Shown: piece by piece, positions 47,930 through 56,586 of the stretch
Position numbering within the stretch: position 1 is the stretch's first letter
Layout of the letters: the number at the start of each line of letters is the position of its first letter
IMG/VR virus record: IMGVR_UViG_3300005253_000063
Location: 32,001 to 96,000 of that record
Direction: 5' to 3' (one strand)
Length of the DNA stretch: 64,000 bases
Source: a virus
The notes under the pieces: generated by a model
What the model saw: only the letters and a program-made list of their open reading frames with translations
Told to the model about the DNA's origin: nothing
The model's database searches: none
Program-made: the position numbers and the translations under genes

Positions 47930-48174
47930 TCGAAGTTCCCGCGCGCATCGTCTGCGACACCGAGGGTTGTGACGCGAGCGAGGACATCGTTCTTCGCAGC
48001 AAGGCCGGATCGAATTACCTCGCGGTTCGGAAGGGAATCTGGGACGAGGGGATGACGTTGCCACCCGAGTGGGCGGCTATCTGGTCGAAGAGCGAGAACT
48101 GCGAGTACATCCAATGCCCGACGTGTGCGAAGACGTATGACGCGCGCAAGCGTTTGGAAAAGACAACGGCATAG
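47926..48174 (+). CDS. Small zinc-ribbon protein
   Basis: CD-x-x-GC...CP-x-C; GTGA overlap. Confidence 0.55.
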   Translation: MIEVPARIVCDTEGCDASEDIVLRSKAGSNYLAVRKGIWDEGMTLPPEWAAIWSKSENCEYIQCPTCAKTYDARKRLEKTTA

Positions 48175-48175
48175 C

Positions 48176-48203
48176 AAAAGGGCCCCGGTTCCCCGGAGCC
48201 CTT
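48176..48203 (-). terminator. Intrinsic terminator at convergent junction
   Basis: AAGGGCCCCGG-TTCC-CCGGAGCCCTT stem; T-tract on minus strand. Confidence 0.65.
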
Positions 48204-48223
48204 CCGCACGAGCGCGGCGGTCG

Positions 48224-48571
48224 CTACTTCGCCTGCTGGTCGAGTGCTGCCCGCACCCAATCGCTCAAGGTCATGCCTGCAGCCTTGGCCGCTGCGTGCC
48301 ATTGTGCGAGCTGGTGCTTGTAGCAGTTCACAAGCATCTGCGCATCGCGTGGTGTGGACTTCTTGCGGAGTCGCAGCGGCAGCTCGATGTCGTTCTTCTC
48401 GAACCAGTTCTTCGCTGTTGTCTTGCCGATGCGCTTGAAGTCGTCGTCCTGGTGCACGATCCAGCGGCGACCCGCCGTGAGGTACATCGTCGAGCCGGTG
48501 GCCCGCCACTTGGTTGCGCGGACTGGGTTGAACCGTCCGCCGCCTTTGATATGGACTTGGATGCTCGCCAT
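48224..48571 (-). CDS. Protein with C-terminal ribbon-helix-helix-like domain
   Basis: GGGAGGT SD; AA-x-AAGMTLSDWVR-x-AL. Confidence 0.7.
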   Translation of the reverse strand: MASIQVHIKGGGRFNPVRATKWRATGSTMYLTAGRRWIVHQDDDFKRIGKTTAKNWFEKNDIELPLRLRKKSTPRDAQMLVNCYKHQLAQWHAAAKAAGMTLSDWVRAALDQQAK

Positions 48572-48584
48572 CGGCTTTACCTCC

Positions 48585-48830
48585 CTACGCACAGACGCGC
48601 TGTTGACTATGGATGCCATTGTAGATTGTGATCGAGCCATAGACTTTGCCGTGATGCGACACGTTGTAGAGCATCTCATCGCGGGCCTTGCGCACGATCC
48701 AGCCGCGGCCGTACTTTGTGCGGACGTGTTGCTTCGCGAATGCGAGCGCCTCGCGAGCGGAGTTGAAGCCATGCTCCGTGTAGAGCCCATCACTATCGCC
48801 GAACATGCAAAACTGTACTCGGTGTTTCAT
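48585..48830 (-). CDS. Hypothetical protein
   Basis: GGGAG SD; F-x-SAREA-x-x-FA. Confidence 0.55.
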   Translation of the reverse strand: MKHRVQFCMFGDSDGLYTEHGFNSAREALAFAKQHVRTKYGRGWIVRKARDEMLYNVSHHGKVYGSITIYNGIHSQQRVCA

Positions 48831-48842
48831 GGTCCGTCTCCC

Positions 48843-49223
48843 TTACGCGAACGCGCGGTGGTTATGGTTGTGGTTGTCCTCGACCGCTTCGTGTACGCGG
48901 GACCCGAGCCCCGAACGATCGACCCAGCGTGCAGACGTGCGCTCGACCAGCTCCCGTACGAACGACTTGGGCGTGTAACCGTGTTTGCTGATCGCGCTGC
49001 GCACGTCCTTGTCGGCCTGCCGCGACACCACGCCGTGGCACTCGCGCGGTGCGTACCACGCGTCCACGTCGTCGTGCGCTTCGACCTCTCCAAACATGAT
49101 GCCGAGAATGTCGCTCGCGCAACGGCTGAGCTTGAAGCTCGGGTGGTGCGCTAATCGAAGGACGTACTGCGTGGGCAGGTCCGCCGTGAGCGCGAGGAAT
49201 GCGATGAAGTTGTGTGTCGTCAT
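48843..49223 (-). CDS. Hypothetical protein
   Basis: AGGAGG SD within repeated leader module. Confidence 0.6.
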   Translation of the reverse strand: MTTHNFIAFLALTADLPTQYVLRLAHHPSFKLSRCASDILGIMFGEVEAHDDVDAWYAPRECHGVVSRQADKDVRSAISKHGYTPKSFVRELVERTSARWVDRSGLGSRVHEAVEDNHNHNHRAFA

Positions 49224-49303
49224 TGTGCCAGCCTCCTGTTGGTTGGAGCAGAAGCGCTCCTTCACACGCACCCCGTGACCGCGATGCGTGCTGAGGAACA
49301 TCC

Positions 49304-49543
49304 CTACTGACCCGTCCCGACACGTGCGTCTTCGAGTGCGTCTTCGATGGCTGCGTGCGCGTCCATCACGATATCGATGTACAGCTCTTCTGCCTCGTCC
49401 AGCCCGCCGTCGATCAACGCGACCGACGCCTTGTGCCAATCGGCCGACAGGTCGTGGTACATGCGAACGTTAACGCGGCGAACCTTGCGGAGCGCATCGC
49501 GTGCCTGCTGCTTCGTACTGAGAACGTCTTGTCGTATCGTCAT
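49304..49543 (-). CDS. Hypothetical helical protein
   Basis: AAGGA SD; follows VWA-like gene. Confidence 0.5.
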   Translation of the reverse strand: MTIRQDVLSTKQQARDALRKVRRVNVRMYHDLSADWHKASVALIDGGLDEAEELYIDIVMDAHAAIEDALEDARVGTGQ

Positions 49544-49547
49544 GGTC

Positions 49548-50372
49548 CTAGTTTCCTTTCGTGTTGAGGACGCGGTCCAGTTCGCTTGCGACCCACTTGA
49601 CGGGGTCGCTGCGGAGCACGGAGTCCGACAGGTGACCGCGACCGAAGACGATGTCGTTCGGTCCTGCGCCGAGGATCTCGCGTGCGACCGTGTTGCCCTG
49701 GTAGCTCTCGCCCCAAGCGATGCAACCAGCCTTCGGTGCCTTCGCAACGTCGTGGGTGATGCGGAATGCGAAGTCCCGCATGAACGCGGAGTGCCCAATG
49801 ACTGCGCCCGCGAGTGCCCAGTTGACAGGCTTCAGTCCGAGAGGGACCTTCACGAGTACGTCCTGCCGCCTGATCCTGAAGTACGTGAACGCGATGACTT
49901 CGACCGGACGCTGCTTTGACAGGCAATGCGCGAACGCGAGCAACGCGAGTCCGCGTTTCTCTACATCCTTCGCATCGACGCCACCGCTGCAGCCGATGTC
50001 AACATACACGCGGACCGGAGCCTTCGCGTCAACGACCTTGACCTTGCGCGAGAACGGCTTCTGCGAACCCGCGAGGTACGCGGAGACCCGAACGCGCCCA
50101 CCCGCGACCACGTTGCGTTTGCGACGGCGGGGGTTCTCAACCTTCACCGTGCGGCTAACCTTCTCTGCAAATTCGCGTGCCCGCTTCACCTGATTCAACG
50201 CGCCGCGCTCCAGCATGTCCTGGCACTCCGCAGCGGTCGCTCCGACAAACTCGCTGTCCTCGTTAATCGTGATGCGGGTGCGCAGGTCGCGCGATACACC
50301 AGCCAGCTTCGTTGCGGGGATCTTTACGACCTTCAGCTGTTTGATCGTGGGGTGCTTGTCGATGCGGTACAT
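49548..50372 (-). CDS. Divergent VWA-like partner protein
   Basis: GG-x-V-x-V-x-AYL-x-G and VYVD-x-x-x-S motif; coupled to AAA gene. Confidence 0.65.
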   Translation of the reverse strand: MYRIDKHPTIKQLKVVKIPATKLAGVSRDLRTRITINEDSEFVGATAAECQDMLERGALNQVKRAREFAEKVSRTVKVENPRRRKRNVVAGGRVRVSAYLAGSQKPFSRKVKVVDAKAPVRVYVDIGCSGGVDAKDVEKRGLALLAFAHCLSKQRPVEVIAFTYFRIRRQDVLVKVPLGLKPVNWALAGAVIGHSAFMRDFAFRITHDVAKAPKAGCIAWGESYQGNTVAREILGAGPNDIVFGRGHLSDSVLRSDPVKWVASELDRVLNTKGN

Positions 50373-51430
50373 CAGTTGACTCCTTCGAGCGCGTGATTCT
50401 GGTCGAAGTCTGAGAAACACGACAGCCCGACATCGTATGCAGCCTCGCGCACCGGAACTCCGCACGACACTGCGCGACAGAGCGCGTAGGTTCGTCGCGG
50501 ACCCCAGGTCGTCTCGACACCGTAGCGTTCCAGGTTCTTCCGAATCTTCCAGCTCGCCTTGACGGACTGCTCGCTGCCCGGAGTTTTCGCAAGAGCAATC
50601 GCGCGCTCGGTCGGCTCGTGCAGACCCCAGTGATACTTAATTTCGAACCGGTCGATCAGCGCGCCGTCCTGAGCCTGCCGCGCGCTGTACTGCATGGTCG
50701 CGCCTTCGCCCGTGGTGTTCGCAGTTGCGATTACGATCTTGTCGTCCGCAATTTCGACTTGCCCCATCGGGAAGACCGCCACGCCGTTCGCTAGTACCGC
50801 ATTCATTGAGACCAGCGCGCCCGGGTCGTTGCCGTCAATCTCGTCCATGAGGAGCACGGCTTTGCCTTCGTAGGTGGCCCATCGGTACAGCTCGGTCTCG
50901 TGGTACACGCCGTTCGCGTCAAACGACCCGAACAGTTCGTACTTGTCATCGACCGGAGTGAGGATGAACAGCTTCCATCCGAGGTCCGCGCAAATCATCT
51001 TGACCGCTGTGGTCTTGCCGAGTCCCGCGTCACCCGTGATCCAGATGCGCGTCACGCCGCCTTCGATGTACTGATGGAGGCGCTGGAACTTCGGATGCTC
51101 GATGCGACCGTTGTTCTCGATCGCTTCCTCGGCCTCGAACTCGATCGAGTCCTCGCCTTCGGCATCGACCATGGAGGGAACCTCATCCGCGGAGATCGCC
51201 GAGAACAGGAACGGGCGCTTGTTGACCGCGCCCTTCACCAGCTCCGCTTGCATCAGCGCGCGGAGCGCCTTGTGCACACGCCCCCGGCTCACACCAATTG
51301 CGATCGAGATGTCGGGAACGATGCTCGCGCTGCCCCGGCCCTGCAGGTGTGTGAGGACCGTCATCTCGACCGTGCTGAAGTGGGGGGAGTACGTGCCGTC
51401 TGCGTTCTGTCGGATGTTCTCGATGTACAT
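50372..51430 (-). CDS. CbbQ/NorQ-like AAA+ ATPase with N-terminal HTH
   Basis: GDAGLGKT, LLMDEID, ATANT, DGALIDRF; N-terminal I-x-x-x-IGVSR-x-x-V-x-x-AL. Confidence 0.88.
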   Translation of the reverse strand: MYIENIRQNADGTYSPHFSTVEMTVLTHLQGRGSASIVPDISIAIGVSRGRVHKALRALMQAELVKGAVNKRPFLFSAISADEVPSMVDAEGEDSIEFEAEEAIENNGRIEHPKFQRLHQYIEGGVTRIWITGDAGLGKTTAVKMICADLGWKLFILTPVDDKYELFGSFDANGVYHETELYRWATYEGKAVLLMDEIDGNDPGALVSMNAVLANGVAVFPMGQVEIADDKIVIATANTTGEGATMQYSARQAQDGALIDRFEIKYHWGLHEPTERAIALAKTPGSEQSVKASWKIRKNLERYGVETTWGPRRTYALCRAVSCGVPVREAAYDVGLSCFSDFDQNHALEGVN

Positions 51431-51471
51431 GCTGCCAGCCTTTCGTTGAGTTTGTGGGTTCTTTCCCATAC

Positions 51472-51504
51472 CTATATAGTGCCCTAGCTATATATCGTCT
51501 GCAA
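51472..51504 (-). promoter_or_regulatory. Sigma70-like promoter overlapped by paired CTATATA sites
   Basis: Minus strand TTGCAG-17 nt-CACTAT in an AT-rich island. Confidence 0.65.
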
Positions 51505-51723
51505 TACCCTATTTTCCCTGGCAACTCCGGCGGTTACAACACGCCCATACGCGCGGGACGCGTGTGAGCGGGCGTACGAGGGGTCTGCTGGGGCCGTGTC
51601 GCGGGGTCCCGACGGGGTGCGGAATGCGCGCGAGCGCGCCCAAGTCACAGACATGGCAACGAAGGTGGAGATAGTCGAACGGTGGCGTGCAGCCGATGCG
51701 AAGCGGCGCCTCGGAGACGTTGC

Positions 51724-51996
51724 GTGAGCGACGAGCCCCTGCGGTCGCGTCTCGCACTCGGACAGTACGTCGCTTTACATGAGATACACGACTGGCTCGT
51801 GAAGGAAGGGTTCGACTTGGCGACAATGGGTGAGCTGTTGAATCGGTTGAGAGAACGCGGGATCGTAGAGGCTCATACCTACCCTGGTCTCACTCACTAC
51901 CCGGACTGGCGCTTGGCCGTGCCTATCGCCTTTGCGATCCACCATGCGACCATCGTCGACGCGGAGCTACGACTCGAACATTGGAGCGGCGAATGA
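51724..51996 (+). CDS. Hypothetical protein
   Basis: GGAG SD; ATGA coupling downstream. Confidence 0.5.
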   Translation: MSDEPLRSRLALGQYVALHEIHDWLVKEGFDLATMGELLNRLRERGIVEAHTYPGLTHYPDWRLAVPIAFAIHHATIVDAELRLEHWSGE

Positions 51997-52232
51997 TCAA
52001 AGGCTTCAGACTCGTCCGGCACTTCGATCCGGACTTCACGCCATGCGGTTGCGTGACGCATCTGTTCTACACGGTAGACTGCGGCGAGGTCTACGAGAAG
52101 CGCTTGACGGTGCGCGTTCACAGCAACGTGTACCTCTGCATCTTCGCGCGCGTCTGCGCGGCGTGCGGCGCTGCTTGGTCTTCCGAAGCCGAGATGTTCC
52201 GATCCGAGGTGGAGCAGAGACTCGTCAACTAG
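51993..52232 (+). CDS. Cys-rich hypothetical protein
   Basis: ATGA overlap. Confidence 0.45.
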   Translation: MIKGFRLVRHFDPDFTPCGCVTHLFYTVDCGEVYEKRLTVRVHSNVYLCIFARVCAACGAAWSSEAEMFRSEVEQRLVN

Positions 52233-52498
52233 AGATCGAGGCCCACGTCGGCGACGTACTCTTTGACGTAGTTGTGAATCACGGGGTCGTCAGTGCTGAA
52301 GAGGACACACTCGGCGAACTCGTGGTAGCTCGCGACCAGTTTCGCGTACGCCTTCTGCAGTTCGTCATACGACCACTCCGCGCGTCCCTCTAGTCCGCAC
52401 GTGCACGGTCCCTTGTAACGCGGACTGCCGGCCCGCCAGTATCGTCCCTCGCATCCGTCCGCATGGCGGTGCTCCTCCTGCTGTTGCGACTCGCTCAT
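52229..52498 (-). CDS. Hypothetical protein
   Basis: H-x-x-x-C...CTCGL motif. Confidence 0.55.
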   Translation of the reverse strand: MSESQQQEEHRHADGCEGRYWRAGSPRYKGPCTCGLEGRAEWSYDELQKAYAKLVASYHEFAECVLFSTDDPVIHNYVKEYVADVGLDL

Positions 52499-52644
52499 CG
52501 CTTCGCCACCCTGATGGCCCACAGACAGAAGGCGCGGAGCCCGTTCGTAACGGACATGCAGCCGCCCTTCGTGATCGGTTTGAACTCAGCCCGACCGGGG
52601 TTGTATCTGTCGTACTCTAGCTCCTGCTGTTGCGGCTCGCTCAT
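52495..52644 (-). CDS. 49-aa hypothetical protein
   Basis: Starts MSEPQQQE like the next gene; ATGA overlap. Confidence 0.4.
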   Translation of the reverse strand: MSEPQQQELEYDRYNPGRAEFKPITKGGCMSVTNGLRAFCLWAIRVAKR

Positions 52645-52761
52645 TGCTTCCCGCGTCGACGCATCTGCCATCGCACGATGCGGCGGAGCCCGCCGTTGAC
52701 CAGCTTGAGTCCGACCTTCGCAACTGTCTTGAGCATCGAGTCAGCCGGACCTGGCAAACAA

Positions 52762-53517
52762 TCACGACTCTTCAAGACAGTGCTTCCGGCGCACGGCCTT
52801 CCGGTCGGCATCGGTCACGCGGAGCATGACATGATCGGATGGGCCCTTCGAGGCATCGGGTCTACACGGGCTCATCTTCCGACCAACGTCGTGGGCCAAC
52901 CCAATGACATGGCATAGCTCGTGTGACCAGACCCAGAGGTCGACGTCGATCGTCGAGGGCGCGGGATAGTAGATGCGCCACTCCTGTTTGGTTGGCGCGT
53001 AGCAGGTGCACGCGGCGTGGCGTCTTGGGTTACACTGCCACGCGCAATTCGTTCCTGCTGGCGGTGCATCGAAGTCGACGAGCACGTCCGCGTCCTCTTC
53101 GCTGCTGAGCACGAACAGTTCGCACCCGACCTGGTCGACCCACAGATCGACCGCGGCTTTTAGCGAACGTCCGCCGACGCCGTCCACGCCAGCGACGCGA
53201 AGCGGTACGTGCGGCCAGTCGAGTGGGTCCGGCTCGAAGGTCGGTTCGACACGGCGCTCGCAAGCGAAGAGAGTGAGCAGAACGAACGCGAAGATCCCAT
53301 AGCCACCGAGCGGACGCATCAGCGATTCCCAGTTCACCTTTGTGCGGTATGGGGCGAGGCGCCGCTCCAGCATTGCGCGGAACTTGGGACACTCCGCGAT
53401 CTCCTTGGCGATCTCGTTGATGTTATCGGGGACCTCCAGGTTCGCGAACGCTCCCGGGCCAGGAGCTGCCGGGGTCGTCCACAGCGGTGAATCTGCGCGA
53501 GTCTTCTCGATGGTCAT
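52762..53517 (-). CDS. Membrane-anchored metzincin (matrixin-like) metalloprotease
   Basis: HELCHVIGLAH zinc motif; hydrophobic segment ending LFAC; GGAGGAGG SD. Confidence 0.75.
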   Translation of the reverse strand: MTIEKTRADSPLWTTPAAPGPGAFANLEVPDNINEIAKEIAECPKFRAMLERRLAPYRTKVNWESLMRPLGGYGIFAFVLLTLFACERRVEPTFEPDPLDWPHVPLRVAGVDGVGGRSLKAAVDLWVDQVGCELFVLSSEEDADVLVDFDAPPAGTNCAWQCNPRRHAACTCYAPTKQEWRIYYPAPSTIDVDLWVWSHELCHVIGLAHDVGRKMSPCRPDASKGPSDHVMLRVTDADRKAVRRKHCLEES

Positions 53518-53547
53518 TATTGTCGCCTCCTCCCCGGAGCCTACCAC

Positions 53548-54135
53548 CTACGACACCGAGCGCGCGAAGTTGTTGGCCGCTTGTCGCGCCTCGTCCATGG
53601 TCTTGATGGTCTTACGCCCGTGTTCGAGGAACGGTGTCTTGTCCGTTGCGCCGGGGAACGTTTCCTCGAAGAGCTTGTTGCCGATGGCGAAGCCGACGAT
53701 CGCACGGTGGCTCCAGCCGTACCACTTCTCTTCTTCGAGACAGTAGCCAACCGAGCAGACGTTGTGACTCGGGGACGCCTTCTCCGGGGCGATGCCTTTT
53801 CGTTTGCAGAGGAAGGCCGCGTCACGCGGGTTGCCGATGTAGTCGCCGCTCGGCGTGTACGCTGAGCGCATGTCGAGCGGGATGCCACAGGTGACAATGA
53901 TCTCCGTGCGGATCTCGTAGCCCCACTTCTTCCACCGGTGAACATGGACCGTCTCCCGTTCCGCGACGAGCCACTGCGCACCGCAGCGTGCGCATTGGAG
54001 CCCGACCTGGAAACCGTTACCCTTCGCAAGCGGTACGATAATCGTGCACGCCTTAAACCGTTCCGGGCACGCGGGGCACCGCAACGCTTCATGGACCTCG
54101 TGGCGTTTCCTACGCCTCTTCCTTGGTCGTGTCAT
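53548..54135 (-). CDS. Conserved phage hypothetical protein with N-terminal zinc ribbon
   Basis: CSVGY...KWYGWSHRAI-x-GF; GGAGG SD. Confidence 0.7.
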   Translation of the reverse strand: MTRPRKRRRKRHEVHEALRCPACPERFKACTIIVPLAKGNGFQVGLQCARCGAQWLVAERETVHVHRWKKWGYEIRTEIIVTCGIPLDMRSAYTPSGDYIGNPRDAAFLCKRKGIAPEKASPSHNVCSVGYCLEEEKWYGWSHRAIVGFAIGNKLFEETFPGATDKTPFLEHGRKTIKTMDEARQAANNFARSVS

Positions 54136-54358
54136 GTAAACCTCCTCTGCGTGGTGGCGACATTCTGGAGTACGCCTCCGCCGCTTCTTCACACGTGGTA
54201 GAGCAGAACCTGTACCGCTTGAGACGCGCGCGCACCTCGACGGGAAGCAACTTGGGTAGCGACTCGCGGACCAAGGTGAAGTGCGTCCGCGAGACCCCGA
54301 TCGAATCTTCGCCCAGCTGCGCGTCGCAGTAGTCGCACCGTTGATTCTCCTGAGTCAA
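54110..54358 (-). CDS. Small zinc-finger protein
   Basis: CDYC...FCS-x-x-C. Confidence 0.5.
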   Translation of the reverse strand: MTQENQRCDYCDAQLGEDSIGVSRTHFTLVRESLPKLLPVEVRARLKRYRFCSTTCEEAAEAYSRMSPPRRGGLHDTTKEEA

Positions 54359-54612
54359 TTCGGCTGTACGAGCGTGGGCGCGTTGTCCCTCCACACACCG
54401 TCACCGCGGATCGTCGCGCAGCCCATCGGCTTGTCCTCATAGAGATCGAAACAGTCACCGCAGACGCAGACCCACTCGGAGGCATCCGCGGTCCCGTCCT
54501 TACGACGGAACTTGACGGGTGATTCGTTACGGAATGCGTGCCAGCACTCGGCGTCAAGGTGTCCGCAGTGCAGGACTATCGTTCCGTCGATCGGGTGGTG
54601 CGTTGTAGACAT
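54355..54612 (-). CDS. Small Cys-rich protein
   Basis: HCGH...C-x-x-C. Confidence 0.5.
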   Translation of the reverse strand: MSTTHHPIDGTIVLHCGHLDAECWHAFRNESPVKFRRKDGTADASEWVCVCGDCFDLYEDKPMGCATIRGDGVWRDNAPTLVQPN

Positions 54613-54853
54613 CAGGTTCGCGCATGGAAGTAGTCAGCAAGGTGCGCGCGCGATCGATTGACTTGACTGAGCAGTACGACAGACTCTCCGCGCGCACGAG
54701 TGCCGAGTCGGTCGCGCACTTGTTCTCCAGGGTCGCCTGGTCGAGGGCGCGGTCGAGTTCGTTCATGGCCTCGGTGAGTTCGAGCTTCACCGAGAGGATT
54801 GCGGTTCGTAGATCGGTGCTCATGGTCATCGCGCTCGTGCCTGTACCACACAC
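54554..54853 (-). CDS. Hypothetical helical protein
   Basis: Heptad pattern; start uncertain. Confidence 0.45.
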   Translation of the reverse strand: MCGTGTSAMTMSTDLRTAILSVKLELTEAMNELDRALDQATLENKCATDSALVRAESLSYCSVKSIDRARTLLTTSMREPDVYNAPPDRRNDSPALRTP

Positions 54854-54903
54854 GGGCTTCCTTCCTCTACCTTTGACTTGTGCGAGGTGTGCATTTTTCG
54901 TAG

Positions 54904-55470
54904 CTACATCTCATCGCCCCACGCAGTCCAGAGCGAAGAGAACTTGCGGCGCGCGAACAACTCCAAGTAGGGACCGCTGACCAGCTTCTCGATCAGCCCG
55001 AAGCACTCGCATGGCTTTCGACTGTGCTCGTTTCCTCGTGGCGCGTGGATGACGCCCGGGATGTCGCGCCGCAGCACCTTCGCCTTCCCGCGGCGACAGA
55101 GCACGAGTTGCTCGGTACAGACGCGCGTGTAGTGTCCGCCACCGATGCGCGGCTTCTTGCGGTCATTCGTTACCTTGACCCACGGGATGAGCTGCTTCGG
55201 TTCGAAACCCCATGCGCGAGCAACGCGGGTTGCGGTACCGTCGAGGACGAGCGCGTTCGGGGACCAGAGAAACAGAAACGAGTCGGCAAGGGCAACGTGC
55301 TTCACCGCCCAGCCCATCGCGCAGAGGTCTGCGACCGTCAACACTTGGTACTTCGACTGGTCTGCCAACTCTTGCCCCTCGTAGTCGGGCGAGAAGCGAG
55401 AGCCGCGGTCACGGAACGGCCATGGCGGATCCGCGAGAACCGCGCCAAACTCTTCAGGGGATGCGAGCAT
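54904..55470 (-). CDS. MT-A70 family methyltransferase
   Basis: ADPPW, LFLW, HSRKP and YLELFAR motifs. Confidence 0.92.
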   Translation of the reverse strand: MLASPEEFGAVLADPPWPFRDRGSRFSPDYEGQELADQSKYQVLTVADLCAMGWAVKHVALADSFLFLWSPNALVLDGTATRVARAWGFEPKQLIPWVKVTNDRKKPRIGGGHYTRVCTEQLVLCRRGKAKVLRRDIPGVIHAPRGNEHSRKPCECFGLIEKLVSGPYLELFARRKFSSLWTAWGDEM

Positions 55471-56173
55471 ACTTGTGGACTTGTAGGCTCAAGCGCCATT
55501 CGGGATGGTTCGCAACAAAGTTGAGACACCGATTGAGGTTTCGTTCGTAGAGATCGCGACCGCCGGTCCGCACCTTTGAGGCGAGGTAACTCGCGTTGAC
55601 CTCGTCCGTGTAGATCGGGTCCTGCGGCTGGATGTAGAGCGCGCCCCACTCGCCGCTCTCCTGGAGGTCGACGAGCCGACCGTCCGTCCAACCCTTCTCG
55701 AAGTCCACGTGCCCCGGCAGCACAACCTTCAGCTCGTCCGCACGCATCCGCTCGATCGTCGAGCCGAGCTTCGGCGAAACGCAGACGTGGTCCATGAGGT
55801 CGAGAGCGCGGTTGTCCAGCGTACCATTCGTTTCGATCGCGACGTTCCAACCGTGCCTCTGCAGCTCGTCAACGAGCGCGTGGTCGACCTGGAGCAGCGG
55901 CTCGCCGCCCGAGAGCACGCACCACTTTGCAGACGGCAGACGCTCCCCCCAGAGCCGATCGAGTTCGAGGCGAACGTCCTCGGCGGAGACCTCCTTGCCC
56001 TTGACGAAGTCGGTGTCACACCAGAGCGCGCAAGCGCCCTTCCCCTTCTCGCGGTCCTCGGGTCGTCCGTTCCACAGGTTGCAGCCTGCGAAGCGAACGA
56101 AGACCGACAGGGAACCGGCGCGCGATCCCTCGCCCTGCAACGTTGAGAAAATCTCGCGCACCCTGTAGCTCAC
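55454..56173 (-). CDS. queE: 7-carboxy-7-deazaguanine synthase QueE (radical SAM)
   Basis: EIFSTLQGEG, FVRF-x-GCNLW with Cx14CxxC, GGEPLLQ, IETNG, VSPK, LSLQ-x-HK. Confidence 0.95.
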   Translation of the reverse strand: MSYRVREIFSTLQGEGSRAGSLSVFVRFAGCNLWNGRPEDREKGKGACALWCDTDFVKGKEVSAEDVRLELDRLWGERLPSAKWCVLSGGEPLLQVDHALVDELQRHGWNVAIETNGTLDNRALDLMDHVCVSPKLGSTIERMRADELKVVLPGHVDFEKGWTDGRLVDLQESGEWGALYIQPQDPIYTDEVNASYLASKVRTGGRDLYERNLNRCLNFVANHPEWRLSLQVHKYARIP

Positions 56174-56586
56174 GACGTCACCTCCGCCCAACAGTTCGGT
56201 GTCTCCCAGACGCGAACCTTCACGAGATCGATGCCGACCTGGCGCATGAGGTCGAGCGCCTGCTTGAAGAAGTAGGCCGCGATGTTCTCCGCGGTCGGAG
56301 CCCAGGGCAGAACGTAGTGCTTCAGCTCATGCGTCTGAAGGAACTCTCGAAGTGGATCGTCGGCGGTGAGGATGAAGCCGTGGTCCCAATGCTCATCGAG
56401 CCAGCCACCGAGGATACGCTTGACCTCGCCGAAGTCGATGATCCGGCCGACCTCGTCGAGCTGCTCTGCGGAGACGGTCACGTCGAACACGAAGCGGTGG
56501 CCGTGCACGTGTCGACACTTGCCCGTGTGTTTGAGCAGGCGATGCCCCGCATCGATCTCAAGCCGGCGTGTGATCTGTATCGCCAT
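56170..56586 (-). CDS. queD: 6-carboxytetrahydropterin synthase QueD
   Basis: AGHRL...C-x-x-x-HGH, DH, PTAENIA and WET motifs. Confidence 0.95.
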   Translation of the reverse strand: MAIQITRRLEIDAGHRLLKHTGKCRHVHGHRFVFDVTVSAEQLDEVGRIIDFGEVKRILGGWLDEHWDHGFILTADDPLREFLQTHELKHYVLPWAPTAENIAAYFFKQALDLMRQVGIDLVKVRVWETPNCWAEVTS

